Positions 1 to 9,731 of a DNA stretch of 64,000 bases are shown piece by piece. The first letter of the stretch is position 1. Every line of letters begins with the position of its first letter. The position numbers and the translations under genes are program-made. This DNA comes from an uncultured Gemmiger sp. (GTDB lineage: Bacteria > Bacillota > Clostridia > Oscillospirales > Ruminococcaceae), in contig CASFJO010000013.1 of NCBI GenBank assembly GCA_949295035.1, positions 49,681 to 113,680 on the forward strand, read 5' to 3'. A model generated the notes under the pieces. The model made no database searches. It was not told the origin of the DNA and was given only the letters and a program-made list of their open reading frames with translations.

Positions 1-7
1 ACCCGGC

Positions 8-1375
8 TCATCGGGCGGCGCCCCCCTCCGGCGCGCCCCAGCCGCAGAGACTGGCGCCCTCATAGGGGGTATGCCGCAGCGACCAGACGCCGTCCTTATA
101 GTTCCACAGATGAGGCGAACGGAACCGGTCGGCCAGGTGCATGAAGTAATCCAGGTCCATCTTTGGCTGTTCGAAGCAGTCGGCCGCCCGGCCGAAATGC
201 TGCCTGTCGATGGAGATGTACCGGAAGAACTCATCCGCGAACCGGGCGGGAAACTCACCGTCAAACTTGCGGCACAGCGCCACCCCTTCCGGCCGGGTGA
301 TCTCGTGGTTGCGGATCTCCTGGGCCGCGTCGTAGGTGCAGCGGCCGATGCCGTACTTGATGTAGGTGGTGTAGTAGAAGAAATCATCCACCTTATCGTC
401 GATGGAGTTGTACTTGGAATAGGTGCCGGCAGTGCGCTCCGGGCTGGGAACAAAGCCGCCGTGCTCCACACTGTAGTAGTAGGCACCCTGGGGATGCCAC
501 TTTTCGTAATAGCCCATGTAGTGGACCTGGATATGATTTTTCTCCACATCGCTGGTCTCGCAGGGCAGGTAGATGGCCAGATCGGCCGCATCCACCCCGA
601 AGTCCTCCTTCAGCTGCCGCAGGGACACGCCGCCCAGGAAGATATGATCGAAATCATTGGTGGCGAAGAACCGCTCATCCCGCAGCGCGGTGTCATTGTC
701 CGCGATCGGGTTGCCGAACTCGGCCTCATTCTCCCCGTAGAATACCAGCGGGATGCCGAACTTGGCCGCCATCTTGGGCGCCAGCTGCTTCTGGCCCAGG
801 ATGAAGGGCTGGAACGGATGAAACAGGTTTTCGGTGGCCAGCCGGGTCAGCAGACGGTGGGTCAGGCCGTTGGGAGTACACAGATAGTTGTCAAACCCGG
901 CATGGATCCAGGCTTCAAAGTTCTGCCAGCCCCAGCTGGTATAGATGTGCGGGGCCCAGGTCACGGTGAGCGGATGCATCCCGTACTTGTATTTGAGCAG
1001 ATGGGCGGCGTAGAAGCTGTCCTTGCCGCCGGAACCGGGCACCAGGCAATCGTAGCTGCCGTCGGTCTTGCGGTAACGGTCACAGAGCTCCCGCAGCTGC
1101 CGCTCCCGATCGGCCCAGTCAATGCGCCCCTCCTTGTTGTGGCAGGCGTGGCAGGCGTCGCAGACGCCGTCCTCCTGGATCACCATGGTGGCCTTTTTGG
1201 AGCGGATGGTGTGCTCAAACTCCTGGCAGCTGTTGGGCTTCTGGTTGCTCATCACACACTCTTTGCAGAATTTCACCTCGCGGGGCAGGCCAAACCAGGC
1301 CTCCCGCTGCCCGTCGGGGATCGCGGGATCGTATTTCCCGTAATCAATGGGTTGGTACCGGGGAAGTTTTTCCAT
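8..1375 (-). CDS. N-acetyl sugar amidotransferase (PP-loop ATP pyrophosphatase family, WbuX/LfnA-like)
   Basis: 455-aa ORF. PP-loop motif LVPGSGGKDS. N-terminal Cys clusters CKECVMSN and CDACHACH are typical of this family. GAGG lies about 10 nt upstream of the ATG. Confidence 0.7.
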   Translation of the reverse strand: MEKLPRYQPIDYGKYDPAIPDGQREAWFGLPREVKFCKECVMSNQKPNSCQEFEHTIRSKKATMVIQEDGVCDACHACHNKEGRIDWADRERQLRELCDRYRKTDGSYDCLVPGSGGKDSFYAAHLLKYKYGMHPLTVTWAPHIYTSWGWQNFEAWIHAGFDNYLCTPNGLTHRLLTRLATENLFHPFQPFILGQKQLAPKMAAKFGIPLVFYGENEAEFGNPIADNDTALRDERFFATNDFDHIFLGGVSLRQLKEDFGVDAADLAIYLPCETSDVEKNHIQVHYMGYYEKWHPQGAYYYSVEHGGFVPSPERTAGTYSKYNSIDDKVDDFFYYTTYIKYGIGRCTYDAAQEIRNHEITRPEGVALCRKFDGEFPARFADEFFRYISIDRQHFGRAADCFEQPKMDLDYFMHLADRFRSPHLWNYKDGVWSLRHTPYEGASLCGWGAPEGGAAR

Positions 1376-1423
1376 TGTAAGTACGCCTCACTTTTCCTTC
1401 AAGTAGTTCCTTTCAAGTATCTA

Positions 1424-1478
1424 TAAAAAGAAAAGGCGCCCGCCGGCAGGGGGAGTTTCCCTCTGCGCGGCAGGCGCC
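1424..1478 (-). terminator. Rho-independent terminator ending the glnA-ANTAR unit
   Basis: Minus-strand 11-bp GC-rich stem with one mismatch (1435-1478), followed by UUUUCUUUUU (1424-1434). It starts about 30 nt past the ANTAR stop codon. Confidence 0.8.
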
Positions 1479-1507
1479 TTTGCCTGTCGATGATTCATTG
1501 CCGGCCC

Positions 1508-2074
1508 TTACGTCCGGCCTTCGTAGCTTTGCAGGATATCCAGCGCGGCTTCCCGGCTGGTGATACGGGCGTCCATCGCCCGCTTTTCGATCAAACGGTG
1601 GGCCTCTTCTTCGGTGAGATCCCCAAATCGGGCCAGCACACATTTGGCCTGGCAGATCACCCGCGCCTCGTCCAGCCGTTTGGCCAGGCGCTGGTTTTGC
1701 GCCATGAGCGTGCGTATCCTTTGCTGGCTGGCGCGAAGGAGCCGCAGCGCGAACGCCGCCTGCTGGCGGGAGAGCGGCCGGCCCAGCACAAAGATCCCGT
1801 ACTTTTCCAGCCCGGCGGCCAGCCGGTCCGCCTGGGGGCCCGGACAGAGCAGAACGACCCCGGCCCCGCTGTCCGCCGCCTGTACGGCCAGATCCCGGCC
1901 AAATTCATCCGGCAGCGGCGCGTTTACCACCAGCAGTTCACATCCGTTCTGCCCCATGATTCGCCGGGCCTCGCCCGCGCTGGTGCAGCAGACCGCCCCT
2001 TGACCGGGCCCCGCAAACAGGGACCGCAGGGTATCGTGATACTGCCGGTCGCTTGCGATCAGGACACCAGCCAT
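1508..2074 (-). CDS. ANTAR-domain RNA-binding antiterminator with receiver-like N-terminal domain
   Basis: 188 aa from ATG 2074, with GAGGTG 7 nt upstream; the listed ORF start at 2083 is a GTG. The C-terminus RVICQAKCVLARFGDLTEEEAHRLIEKRAMDARITSREAALDIL matches the ANTAR helix pattern. It sits directly downstream of glnA. Confidence 0.8.
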   Translation of the reverse strand: MAGVLIASDRQYHDTLRSLFAGPGQGAVCCTSAGEARRIMGQNGCELLVVNAPLPDEFGRDLAVQAADSGAGVVLLCPGPQADRLAAGLEKYGIFVLGRPLSRQQAAFALRLLRASQQRIRTLMAQNQRLAKRLDEARVICQAKCVLARFGDLTEEEAHRLIEKRAMDARITSREAALDILQSYEGRT

Positions 2075-2114
2075 CGGGTTCACCTCACTTTACGCCGCGC
2101 CAAACGCCATTGGC

Positions 2115-3428
2115 TCAGATTCGATCAAAATACTGCTCCATCTCATACAGGACGGGGTCGGGCTCGGCGGCGTAGGCCTCGGCCTCTTTTTGCTTGTAGG
2201 CCAGATAGTCGTTCAACAGCCGGGCCGGCAAGACCCGGGGCAGAAAATCGCTCTTGCGGGCCACAGCCACCGCCTCGGCCAGGCTGGCCGGAAGCGGGGT
2301 CAGGCCCGGCGCTTCGGTGGGGCGATAGACCGCAAAATTCGTGGAGGCCGGCAGGACCAGCTTTTCCCGTATCCCCTCAAAGCCGGCCTCCAGCAACAGC
2401 GCCGTGACCACATAGGGGTTGCAGGCGGGATCGGGGCTGCGCAGTTCCATACGGCAATCGTTCCCCTTCGCCGCCGGGACCCGCACCAGCGAAGAACGGT
2501 TCTGGCAACTCCAGCTGACCACCCCCGGCGCCTCATGACAACCCAGCCGATTGTAGGAGCCGGGCAGCGGATCGGCAAACACGCTGATCTCCGGCACCCG
2601 CCGCAAAATTCCCGCCAGGAAAGCGGCCGCCTCCGGATTCGGCGTTTCGGCAAAGCCGCGGAACAGATTCTCTTCCCCACGGAACAGCGACAGATTGATG
2701 TGCAGACCATTGCCGCTGGCCCCGGGCAGGGGCTTGGGCAGGAAAGAGGCAAACAGCCCGTTCTGCGCGGCGATCGCCTTGACCGCCGTGCGCATGGTCA
2801 TCAGGTCGTCGGCCGCGTGAAGCGGCGAAGCGCAACGGAAGTCGATCTCATTTTGGCCGGGGCCCTGCTCATGGTGGCTGCGTTCGGGCTGGATGCCCAT
2901 CTCCTCCAGCGCCAGGCAGATATCCCGGCGCACGTTCTCGCCCCGATCCATCGGGGCGATATCGAAATATCCCGCCCGGTCGAACGGCCGGTTGGTGGGC
3001 TGGCCCCGTTCGTCGGTCTCAAACAGGTAAAACTCGCATTCCGGCCCCAGCATCAGCCGGTAACCCGCCTGCTCGGCCTGGCGCTCCACCCGCTGAAGCA
3101 GATGCCGCCCGTCCCCTTCGAAGGGGCGGCCATCCGGATAATGGATGTTGCACATCACCCGGGCCACACAGCTTTCGCTGGGGCGCCAGGGCATCAGGCA
3201 AAAGGTGTCCAGATCCGGCACCAGGAACAGGTCCGACTCGGCCACGTTGGCAAATCCCGCGATCGCCGACGCATCAAACGAAATGCCCGATTCCACCGCG
3301 TGCGGCAGCTGACTGGCCATGATGGCGATGTTCTTCTGCACACCGAAGATATCGCAGAACGCCAGCCGGATAAACTTGATATCGTTTTCCTCAATGAACT
3401 GAAGCAGCTGGGAAAGTGAATGGCTCAT
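2115..3428 (-). CDS. glnA: glutamine synthetase, type I
   Basis: 437 aa from ATG 3428, with GGAGG upstream. GS motifs present: ISFDASAIAGF, GPECEFYLF, KPLPGASGNGLHINLSL. The listed 527-aa ORF is a 5' over-extension. Confidence 0.93.
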   Translation of the reverse strand: MSHSLSQLLQFIEENDIKFIRLAFCDIFGVQKNIAIMASQLPHAVESGISFDASAIAGFANVAESDLFLVPDLDTFCLMPWRPSESCVARVMCNIHYPDGRPFEGDGRHLLQRVERQAEQAGYRLMLGPECEFYLFETDERGQPTNRPFDRAGYFDIAPMDRGENVRRDICLALEEMGIQPERSHHEQGPGQNEIDFRCASPLHAADDLMTMRTAVKAIAAQNGLFASFLPKPLPGASGNGLHINLSLFRGEENLFRGFAETPNPEAAAFLAGILRRVPEISVFADPLPGSYNRLGCHEAPGVVSWSCQNRSSLVRVPAAKGNDCRMELRSPDPACNPYVVTALLLEAGFEGIREKLVLPASTNFAVYRPTEAPGLTPLPASLAEAVAVARKSDFLPRVLPARLLNDYLAYKQKEAEAYAAEPDPVLYEMEQYFDRI

Positions 3429-3469
3429 GGGGATGCCTCCTTGCCGTGCGGGATACTGGTATGGGAAAA

Positions 3470-3503
3470 GGCGCTGCCTGCCCCTTGGCGGGGCCGCAGC
3501 GCC
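3470..3503 (-). terminator. Leader (attenuator) terminator inside the glnA 5' UTR
   Basis: Minus strand: GGCGCUGC-G-GCCCC-loop-GGGGC-AG-GCAGCGCC followed by UUUUCCC. It lies between the promoter at 3525-3553 and the glnA ATG at 3428. Confidence 0.7.
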
Positions 3504-3524
3504 TTTGCTGGTTCCAATAGCTGC

Positions 3525-3553
3525 ATTATAGTCCTGCCCGGGCGCTTCGTCAA
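3525..3553 (-). promoter_or_regulatory. sigma-70/sigA-type promoter of glnA
   Basis: Minus strand TTGACG (3548-3553), 17-nt spacer, TATAAT (3525-3530). Confidence 0.7.
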
Positions 3554-3768
3554 GAAAAATTGTGCCGCTTTGCCGATTTTTTATCAGTTGCACAAACTTT
3601 TTTCGTTTTGCGGGCTCTTCCTTGGCAAGTATAGCGCATAGCCGGCGCGGCTCCTTGACAAGCGCCGGGGCCGGTGCTATTCTGATATCCATGGACAAAG
3701 ACGTCTGCGCGGAAGGCGCGGGCGTTTTGCATTTTTGAGGGGATCAATGGGAAAGGAGTCTATCCAGT

Positions 3769-4959
3769 ATGAGATCGTATATCAACCATCATTTTGACGA
3801 TGTGCCCCGCAGCTATCTGTTCAGTGAGGTAGCCCGCCGGGTGCAGACCTTCCGGCAGGCCCATCCGGACAAAGCGCTGATCCACATGGGCATCGGGGAC
3901 GTGACCCGGCCGCTCTGCCAGCCGGTGGTGCAGGCCATGCAGGCGGCCAGCGCCGAACAGGGCCGGGCGGACAGTTTTCACGGCTACTGCCCGGAACAGG
4001 GATATCTGTTCCTGCGGCAGGCCATCAGTGGCTATTACGAGAGCCTGGGCGTTCAGGTGGAGCCGGAGGACATTTTTGTGAGCGACGGCGCCAAGAGCGA
4101 TCTGGGCAATCTGCCGGACCTGTTTTCGGACGATTGTCGGGTGCTGATCCCCGACCCGGTGTATCCGGTCTATCGGGACACCAACCTGATGGCCGGCCGG
4201 CAGGTGGTGTATCTGGATGCCAACCGGGAAAACGGATTCCTCCCCCTGCCCGCTGACGATCTGGACTGCCAGCTGATCTATCTGTGTTCCCCCGGCAACC
4301 CCACCGGCGCCGCCTACGACAAGGCCGGCCTGACCCGCTGGGTAGAATACGCCCGGGAGCACGGCGCTGTGATTCTGTACGACGCGGCCTATGAATCCTT
4401 TATCCGCAGCGGTGTGCCCCGCAGCATTTATGAAGTTCCCGGCGCGGAGGAATGCGCCATCGAGGTATGCAGCCTGAGCAAGACCGCCGGCTTCACCGGC
4501 ACCCGCTGCGGTTACACAGTGGTTCCCCGTGCCCTGGTGCGGGAGAGCATGAATCTGCACGACATGTGGCTGCGCCGACAGAGCACCAAGATGAACGGGG
4601 TCGCCTATCCGGTACAGCGGGCCGCGGAGGCGGTGTTCACCCCCGCCGGGCTGGCCGGCTGCCGGGAGAGCATTGACGCCTACCTGCGCAGCGCCGGGGT
4701 GGCCGCGAAGGTGCTGGACGAACTGGGCATCTGGTACTGCGGCGGCAAGGACTCGCCCTATCTGTGGATGGAATGCCCCCGCGGCATGAACTCCTGGGAG
4801 TTCTTTGACGCCCTGCTGGAGAACGCCGGGGTGGTGGGCACCCCGGGCAGCGGTTTCGGCCGCAACGGCGAGGGGTATTTCCGGCTGTCCGCCTTCGCCG
4901 GAGAGGAGCAGGCCGCCGCGGCCATGGCCCGCATGGCCGACTGGCTGCGCCGGGGCTGA
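3769..4959 (+). CDS. dapL: LL-diaminopimelate aminotransferase
   Basis: 396 aa. N-terminus INHHFDDVPRSYLFSEV and PLP-lysine region SLSKTAGFTGTRCGY are as in DapL-type aminotransferases. AAAGGAG RBS. Confidence 0.8.
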   Translation: MRSYINHHFDDVPRSYLFSEVARRVQTFRQAHPDKALIHMGIGDVTRPLCQPVVQAMQAASAEQGRADSFHGYCPEQGYLFLRQAISGYYESLGVQVEPEDIFVSDGAKSDLGNLPDLFSDDCRVLIPDPVYPVYRDTNLMAGRQVVYLDANRENGFLPLPADDLDCQLIYLCSPGNPTGAAYDKAGLTRWVEYAREHGAVILYDAAYESFIRSGVPRSIYEVPGAEECAIEVCSLSKTAGFTGTRCGYTVVPRALVRESMNLHDMWLRRQSTKMNGVAYPVQRAAEAVFTPAGLAGCRESIDAYLRSAGVAAKVLDELGIWYCGGKDSPYLWMECPRGMNSWEFFDALLENAGVVGTPGSGFGRNGEGYFRLSAFAGEEQAAAAMARMADWLRRG

Positions 4960-4981
4960 TCCGCCTCGCAATACCATACGC

Positions 4982-5024
4982 AAAAGGCCCGGGGCCGTTC
5001 AACGCGAACGGCCCCGGGCCTTTT
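4982..5024. terminator. Bidirectional Rho-independent terminator between convergent dapL and pyrG
   Basis: Perfect 15-bp stem GGCCCGGGGCCGTTC / GAACGGCCCCGGGCC, flanked by AAAA and TTTT. Confidence 0.85.
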
Positions 5025-5032
5025 GGCTTTGT

Positions 5033-6634
5033 TTACTCGTGCAGACAGGCGCGCACCAGTTCCCGGAACAGGGGATGCGCCCGGTTGGGGCGGCTCTTGA
5101 ACTCAGGGTGATACTGCACCGCCATGAAATAGGGATGATCCGGCAGTTCCATCGCCTCTACCAGATGCCCGTCCGGCGAGGTACCGCTGAATACCAGCCC
5201 CGCCTGCTCCAGCTGCGGGCGGAAGATGTTGCTCACCTCATACCGGTGACGGTGCCGCTCGTGGATCTCGGGCGCACCGCCGTAGACCGCCCGCATACGG
5301 CTGCCTTCCGCCAGCCGGCAGGGATAGGCGCCCAGCCGCATGGTGCCGCCCTTGGGCAGATCGCCCTTCTGGTCCGGCATCAGGTCGATAACGCACTCGC
5401 TGCCCTCCGGGTCGAACTCCCGGCTGTTGGCGGCGGACAGGCCGGCCAGGCTGCGGGCCGCCTCTATGACTGCCACCTGCATGCCCAGGCAGATGCCCAG
5501 ATAGGGCACCTGGTTCTCCCGGGCGTAGCGGGCGGCCAGGATCATGCCCTCCACGCCGCGGCTGCCGAAACCGCCCGGCACCAGAACACCATCCACACCG
5601 GCCAGGCGCTCGGCCACGTTTTCCTCACTCAGCTGTTCCGCGTCCACCCAGCGGATGGACACCGCGGCCCGGTTCTCAAAGCCGCCGTGATGCAGCGCCT
5701 CCACCACCGACAGATAGGCGTCGTGGAGTTCCACATACTTGCCCACCATGGCAATAGTGACGGTGCGCTCCAGTTCGTTGGTGCGGCGGCACAATTCTTT
5801 CCATTCGGTCAGGTCCGGTTCCGGTGTATCAAAACCGAACCGGCGGCAGACCAGGTCGTCCAGCTTGGCGTTGTGCAGCATCAGCGGCACATCATACAGG
5901 CTGCCCAGGGTGCGGTTTTCGATCACGCAGTCCGGCTCAACGTTGCAGAAGGCGGCGATCTTCTGCAGGATACCGTCTTCCAACGGTTCGTCGCAGCGGG
6001 CGATGATCACGTCCGGCATGATACCCATGCTCTGCAGTTCATGCACCGAGTGCTGGGCAGGCTTGGTCTTGTGCTCGCCGGAGCATTTCAGCCAGGGTAC
6101 CAGCACTACATGCAGGAACATGCAGTTCTCCCGGCCCACCTCCCGGCTGATCTGCCGGATGGCTTCCAGGAATGGCTGGCTCTCGATATCGCCGATAGTG
6201 CCGCCGATCTCGGTGATGACCACGTCCGCCTGGGTGTATTCGCCCAGGCCGTAGACAAACCGCTTGATCTCCCCGGTGACATGAGGAATGATCTGGACGG
6301 TTTTCCCCAGATACTCGCCCGCCCGTTCTTTATGAAGCACGTTCCAATAGACCCGGCCGCTGGTCAGGTTGGACAGTTTGTTCAAATCCTCGTCAATGAA
6401 TCGCTCATAGTGGCCCAGGTCCAGGTCAGTCTCCACGCCGTCCTCGGTGACGAACACCTCGCCATGCTGGTACGGGCTCATGGTACCCGGGTCCACGTTC
6501 ACATACGGGTCCAGTTTCTGGGCCGCCACCTTGAGGCCCCGCTGCTTGAGCAGCCGCCCCAGGCTGGCCGCGCTGATTCCCTTGCCCAGGCCGGATACCA
6601 CGCCGCCGGTCACGAAAATATGTTTGCTTGCCAT
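5033..6634 (-). CDS. pyrG: CTP synthase
   Basis: 533 aa from ATG 6634. N-terminus [16 protein letters not shown]. Glutamine amidotransferase motifs GICLGMQ and HRHRYEV. Confidence 0.95.
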   Translation of the reverse strand: MASKHIFVTGGVVSGLGKGISAASLGRLLKQRGLKVAAQKLDPYVNVDPGTMSPYQHGEVFVTEDGVETDLDLGHYERFIDEDLNKLSNLTSGRVYWNVLHKERAGEYLGKTVQIIPHVTGEIKRFVYGLGEYTQADVVITEIGGTIGDIESQPFLEAIRQISREVGRENCMFLHVVLVPWLKCSGEHKTKPAQHSVHELQSMGIMPDVIIARCDEPLEDGILQKIAAFCNVEPDCVIENRTLGSLYDVPLMLHNAKLDDLVCRRFGFDTPEPDLTEWKELCRRTNELERTVTIAMVGKYVELHDAYLSVVEALHHGGFENRAAVSIRWVDAEQLSEENVAERLAGVDGVLVPGGFGSRGVEGMILAARYARENQVPYLGICLGMQVAVIEAARSLAGLSAANSREFDPEGSECVIDLMPDQKGDLPKGGTMRLGAYPCRLAEGSRMRAVYGGAPEIHERHRHRYEVSNIFRPQLEQAGLVFSGTSPDGHLVEAMELPDHPYFMAVQYHPEFKSRPNRAHPLFRELVRACLHE

Positions 6635-6909
6635 CTGCCGTTCCCCCTGTTTTTTGTTTTCCGCCAAAACGAGAGAGGACGCCCATCCCCCACCGCGAAT
6701 CCCGCGGCGAAGCATGGACGCCCTTGTCCTAATAGTCTACAATTATACCCCGCGCCTAAGCGGATTGTCAAGGGAAAATGAAGGAAAAGCGCCGCAAAAC
6801 AAACCTTACCCGCGCTCCGCACGCAGGCCCGGGCGCTTGCCCCGGATTGAAAGCCCGGCCCGCACATGCTACAATAGGGGCACAAACTCAGCGAAAGGAC
6901 GGGATCATC

Positions 6910-7395
6910 ATGATCAAGACTCTGCGGCGTATTGACCGAAAACTCAGCGAGGAAGACGCCTGGGCGGTATTGCGGGACAGCGAATATGGATTTCTCACCA
7001 CCATCAACGACGACGGTACGCCCCATTGCGTGCCCATGTCCTATGCGCTGTACGATGGCGCGCTCTATTTTCACTGCGCGCGGGCCGGGCAAAAGCTGGA
7101 CAACCTTCGCCGGGACGACCGGGCCCAGTTCACCTGTGTGCTGCACAGCCGCACTGTTCCCCTGCAGTTCACCGTGGAGTTTGCCAGCTGTATGGCCGAC
7201 GGCACCGTACATATCGTGGAGGATGAGGGGGAGCGCCAAACTGCCATTCGGGCTATATGCCAAAAATACGATCCGGAAGGGCTGGACACCCCTGCCTGTG
7301 ACCGTGCCCTGCAGGGGATGCCGGCAACCGTGATCCTGCGCATGGAGATCACCGCCCTCTGCGGCAAAGCGAACCGGGGGCGGCTGCCGGGCTGA
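6910..7395 (+). CDS. pyridoxamine 5'-phosphate oxidase family (FMN-binding split-barrel) protein
   Basis: 161 aa from ATG 6910. Family-typical pattern SEYGFLTTINDDGTPHCVPMSY...LYFHCA. The upstream part of the listed ORF has no coding support. Confidence 0.7.
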   Translation: MIKTLRRIDRKLSEEDAWAVLRDSEYGFLTTINDDGTPHCVPMSYALYDGALYFHCARAGQKLDNLRRDDRAQFTCVLHSRTVPLQFTVEFASCMADGTVHIVEDEGERQTAIRAICQKYDPEGLDTPACDRALQGMPATVILRMEITALCGKANRGRLPG

Positions 7396-7584
7396 ACCCG
7401 CCGGGACCCACCATTGCGGTCCGATACACGCTTCCCTGCACCGACGCCAAAAGCAGAGCCCGCACCCTGGGCCGGCCGGGACATGGACGTATAGTCCCTG
7501 TCCGTGGCTCCTGGGTGCGGGCTCTGCCCGGCTCAAACGGATTTTGCCGGCAGTTGCGCGCGGCTTGTGGGGCGCGGAAACTGC

Positions 7585-8124
7585 TTAGCCGAAGTAACGC
7601 TCCAGCAGACCAGCCATGCCGCGGCCGTGACGGGCCTCGTCCTTGGCCATCTCATGGACGGTGTCGTGGATAGCATCCAGGCCCAGCTCTTTCGCCTTCT
7701 TGGCCAGGTCCATCTTGCCGGAGCAGGCGCCGCATTCGGCGTCCACACGCATCTGCAGGTTCTTCTTGGTGCTGTCGGTCAGGACCTCGCCCAGCAGCTC
7801 GGCAAACTTGGCAGCATGCTCGGCTTCCTCAAAAGCGTAGCGCTTCCAGGCCTCGGCGATCTCGGGGTAGCCCTCGCGATCGGCCACACGGCTCATAGCC
7901 AGGTACATACCGACCTCGCTGCACTCGCCGTTGAAGTTCATGCGCAGGCCTTCCACGATCTCCTCGGGAACGCCTTCCTTGGCGATGCCCACCACATGCT
8001 CGGTGACGTAGGTGTTCTCCTTCTGCTCCACAAACTTGTCCTTGGGAGCCTTGCAGACGGGGCAGAACTCGGGCGCGGCGCCCTCGGCGATATAACCACA
8101 AACGGTGCAAACAAACTTAGCCAT
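7585..8124 (-). CDS. reverse rubrerythrin (N-terminal rubredoxin-like CxxC pair plus ferritin-like di-iron domain)
   Basis: The N-terminus carries CTVCGY...CPVCKAP. It is followed by E..H di-iron ligand helices ([16 protein letters not shown]). Confidence 0.88.
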   Translation of the reverse strand: MAKFVCTVCGYIAEGAAPEFCPVCKAPKDKFVEQKENTYVTEHVVGIAKEGVPEEIVEGLRMNFNGECSEVGMYLAMSRVADREGYPEIAEAWKRYAFEEAEHAAKFAELLGEVLTDSTKKNLQMRVDAECGACSGKMDLAKKAKELGLDAIHDTVHEMAKDEARHGRGMAGLLERYFG

Positions 8125-8224
8125 TGTTATTTCCTCCTAAATTTGGTGTCATTTTGTGCTTGCGGTTCCACAAATAGGAACCGTTCCTTTTATGTGCCTA
8201 TAATAGCATGAAAAAAAGGAGATG

Positions 8225-8788
8225 TCAATAGGAATTTCCGTTATTTTTTGATTTTTCCCGCACGGTCTGCCGGGGCTGGATCCGAAATCCCAAACGGCCC
8301 AGCGCCGGCAGCAGAGCCGCCAGGCTGCCGGATGTGGCAGCGCCCATGACCAGACCGGACAGGATCAATACCGGCGCATAGGCCAGGGCCAGATTGCTGG
8401 ATAAAACCACGCTGGCCCCGAGCAGCTGGCCGACATTGTGCGCCAGAGAGCCGCTGACCGACAGGATGAACCAGGTGGGCCGGCGGGGCAGCCGGTACAG
8501 CAGCGCCATCACCGCCAGCGACAGCAGGCCGCCGCACAGAGACAGCAGGCCCGCCACCGCCCCCCGTGTGAGCAGGACAAAAAACGCCTTGAGCACCGCC
8601 AGGGTCATCGCCGGGCCAAACCCCATGAAGAACAGCGCGTACATGACCACGATGTTGGACAGGCCGATCTTGATGCCGGGCATCAGGCCCAGAAGCGGGG
8701 TAATGGTGGATTCCACGAAGGACAGCGCCATGGCCAGTGCGAACAGCAGGCTGGAGAGCGCCACCTGGCGGGTCTTTTGATTGCGCAT
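8225..8788 (-). CDS. Gx transporter family membrane protein (heptaprenyl diphosphate synthase component I-like)
   Basis: About 187 aa and polytopic hydrophobic. SFVESTITPLLGLMPGIKIGLSNIVVMYALF is typical of this family. ATG 8788 is preferred over GTG 8800. Confidence 0.65.
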   Translation of the reverse strand: MRNQKTRQVALSSLLFALAMALSFVESTITPLLGLMPGIKIGLSNIVVMYALFFMGFGPAMTLAVLKAFFVLLTRGAVAGLLSLCGGLLSLAVMALLYRLPRRPTWFILSVSGSLAHNVGQLLGASVVLSSNLALAYAPVLILSGLVMGAATSGSLAALLPALGRLGFRIQPRQTVREKSKNNGNSY

Positions 8789-9066
8789 GAAAAGCCTCAC
8801 TTTGTCGAATTGCTATTATAAATAGGAAGTATCGCCGCCAAGCGCCCTTCCGCCCTTTCATCTTACGGCAGCAAACGGTCGGTGTCAAGGGCGGCGCGGG
8901 ATCCCCTTGCAATATTTGCGGCGCAACGTTCGTATAGTTTATGCGGCAAAACCGGTATATACCGGGAAATTTTCGCAAATACTTCCGGTAAGTCCTTGCA
9001 TTGTCGGCAGGAATAGTGTACTATATTTTCCATAGCGTTTATTTCGATAAAGGAGTAATTGCCATT

Positions 9067-9621
9067 ATGAAAAAGCTGATTTGTCTGTCCCTGGCTGCGG
9101 CCCTTCTGGCCGTGTCTCTGGCCGCCTGCGGCAGCGATTCTTCTTCCTCCGCACCGGTACAGGATTCTTCCTTTCCGGCGTCTGATTCCACCCCCGCGTC
9201 CGATTCCGCGGCCGCGTCCAGCGGCGCCTACAATCTGGGCGACATTGTGACCGCCATCGAGGCCGCCAATCCGGTGACCAATCCCCGTGATCTGGACGAC
9301 TTTGCCCTGCAGAACGAGATTCTGCTGAACATGGACAATGTGGCGGATTTCTCCGGCAAAAAGAGCAACGACAACGCCAACAGCGCGCTGATCCTGGCCA
9401 TTCAGGCCCAGCCCGGCAAGGCGGAGGACGTGAAGGCCGACCTGGAGAACTACAAGAGCGGCCTGATGAACGGTATGTACGCCGAATTTGCCGAGAAGGA
9501 AGCCCAGGCCAAAGACGCCCGCATCGTGGTCAAGGGTGACTATGTGGTGCTGGTCATCGCCAATACCGAGGGCGCCAGCTATTCCGACATCGACACCGCT
9601 GTGGACAACGCCCTGAACTGA
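9067..9621 (+). CDS. lipoprotein (DUF4358-like)
   Basis: 184 aa from ATG 9067. Signal peptide with lipobox LAAC|GS, then a Ser-rich linker. Sits at the head of the MBOAT/DHHW operon. Confidence 0.7.
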   Translation: MKKLICLSLAAALLAVSLAACGSDSSSSAPVQDSSFPASDSTPASDSAAASSGAYNLGDIVTAIEAANPVTNPRDLDDFALQNEILLNMDNVADFSGKKSNDNANSALILAIQAQPGKAEDVKADLENYKSGLMNGMYAEFAEKEAQAKDARIVVKGDYVVLVIANTEGASYSDIDTAVDNALN

Positions 9622-9731
9622 CGGCCCGATCCGCCGCCTGAATCCAAGGCCAGACCGGCGCCAATCCCCACAGATTGGCGCCGGTATTTTATAGTGAAAC
9701 GAAATTTTCCCGATCCTGTGAGGTGAATCCA

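Noticed and set aside
71-1426. 451-aa + strand ORF fully overlapping the amidotransferase gene
   Set aside because: It is a shadow ORF typical of GC-rich DNA. The translation is low-complexity and rich in G, P, V and R, with no motifs and no RBS. The opposite strand encodes a protein with a clear PP-loop.
3420-3747. Short ORFs (73 aa on +, 65 aa on -) in the glnA upstream region
   Set aside because: The region is better explained as promoter plus structured leader. There is no RBS, and the ORFs run through the terminator hairpin.
6635-6780. Possible pyrG reiterative-transcription attenuator in the leader (as in Bacillus)
   Set aside because: A promoter (TTGACA-18-TATAAT on the minus strand) and several small hairpins exist. 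However, I found no convincing terminator plus U-tract or GGGC-type start, so the evidence is insufficient.
3760-6781. Long antisense ORFs (3760-4983 minus, 4805-6781 plus) opposite dapL and pyrG
   Set aside because: Same GC-rich shadow-ORF artefact. The opposite strands encode unmistakable DapL and CTP synthase.
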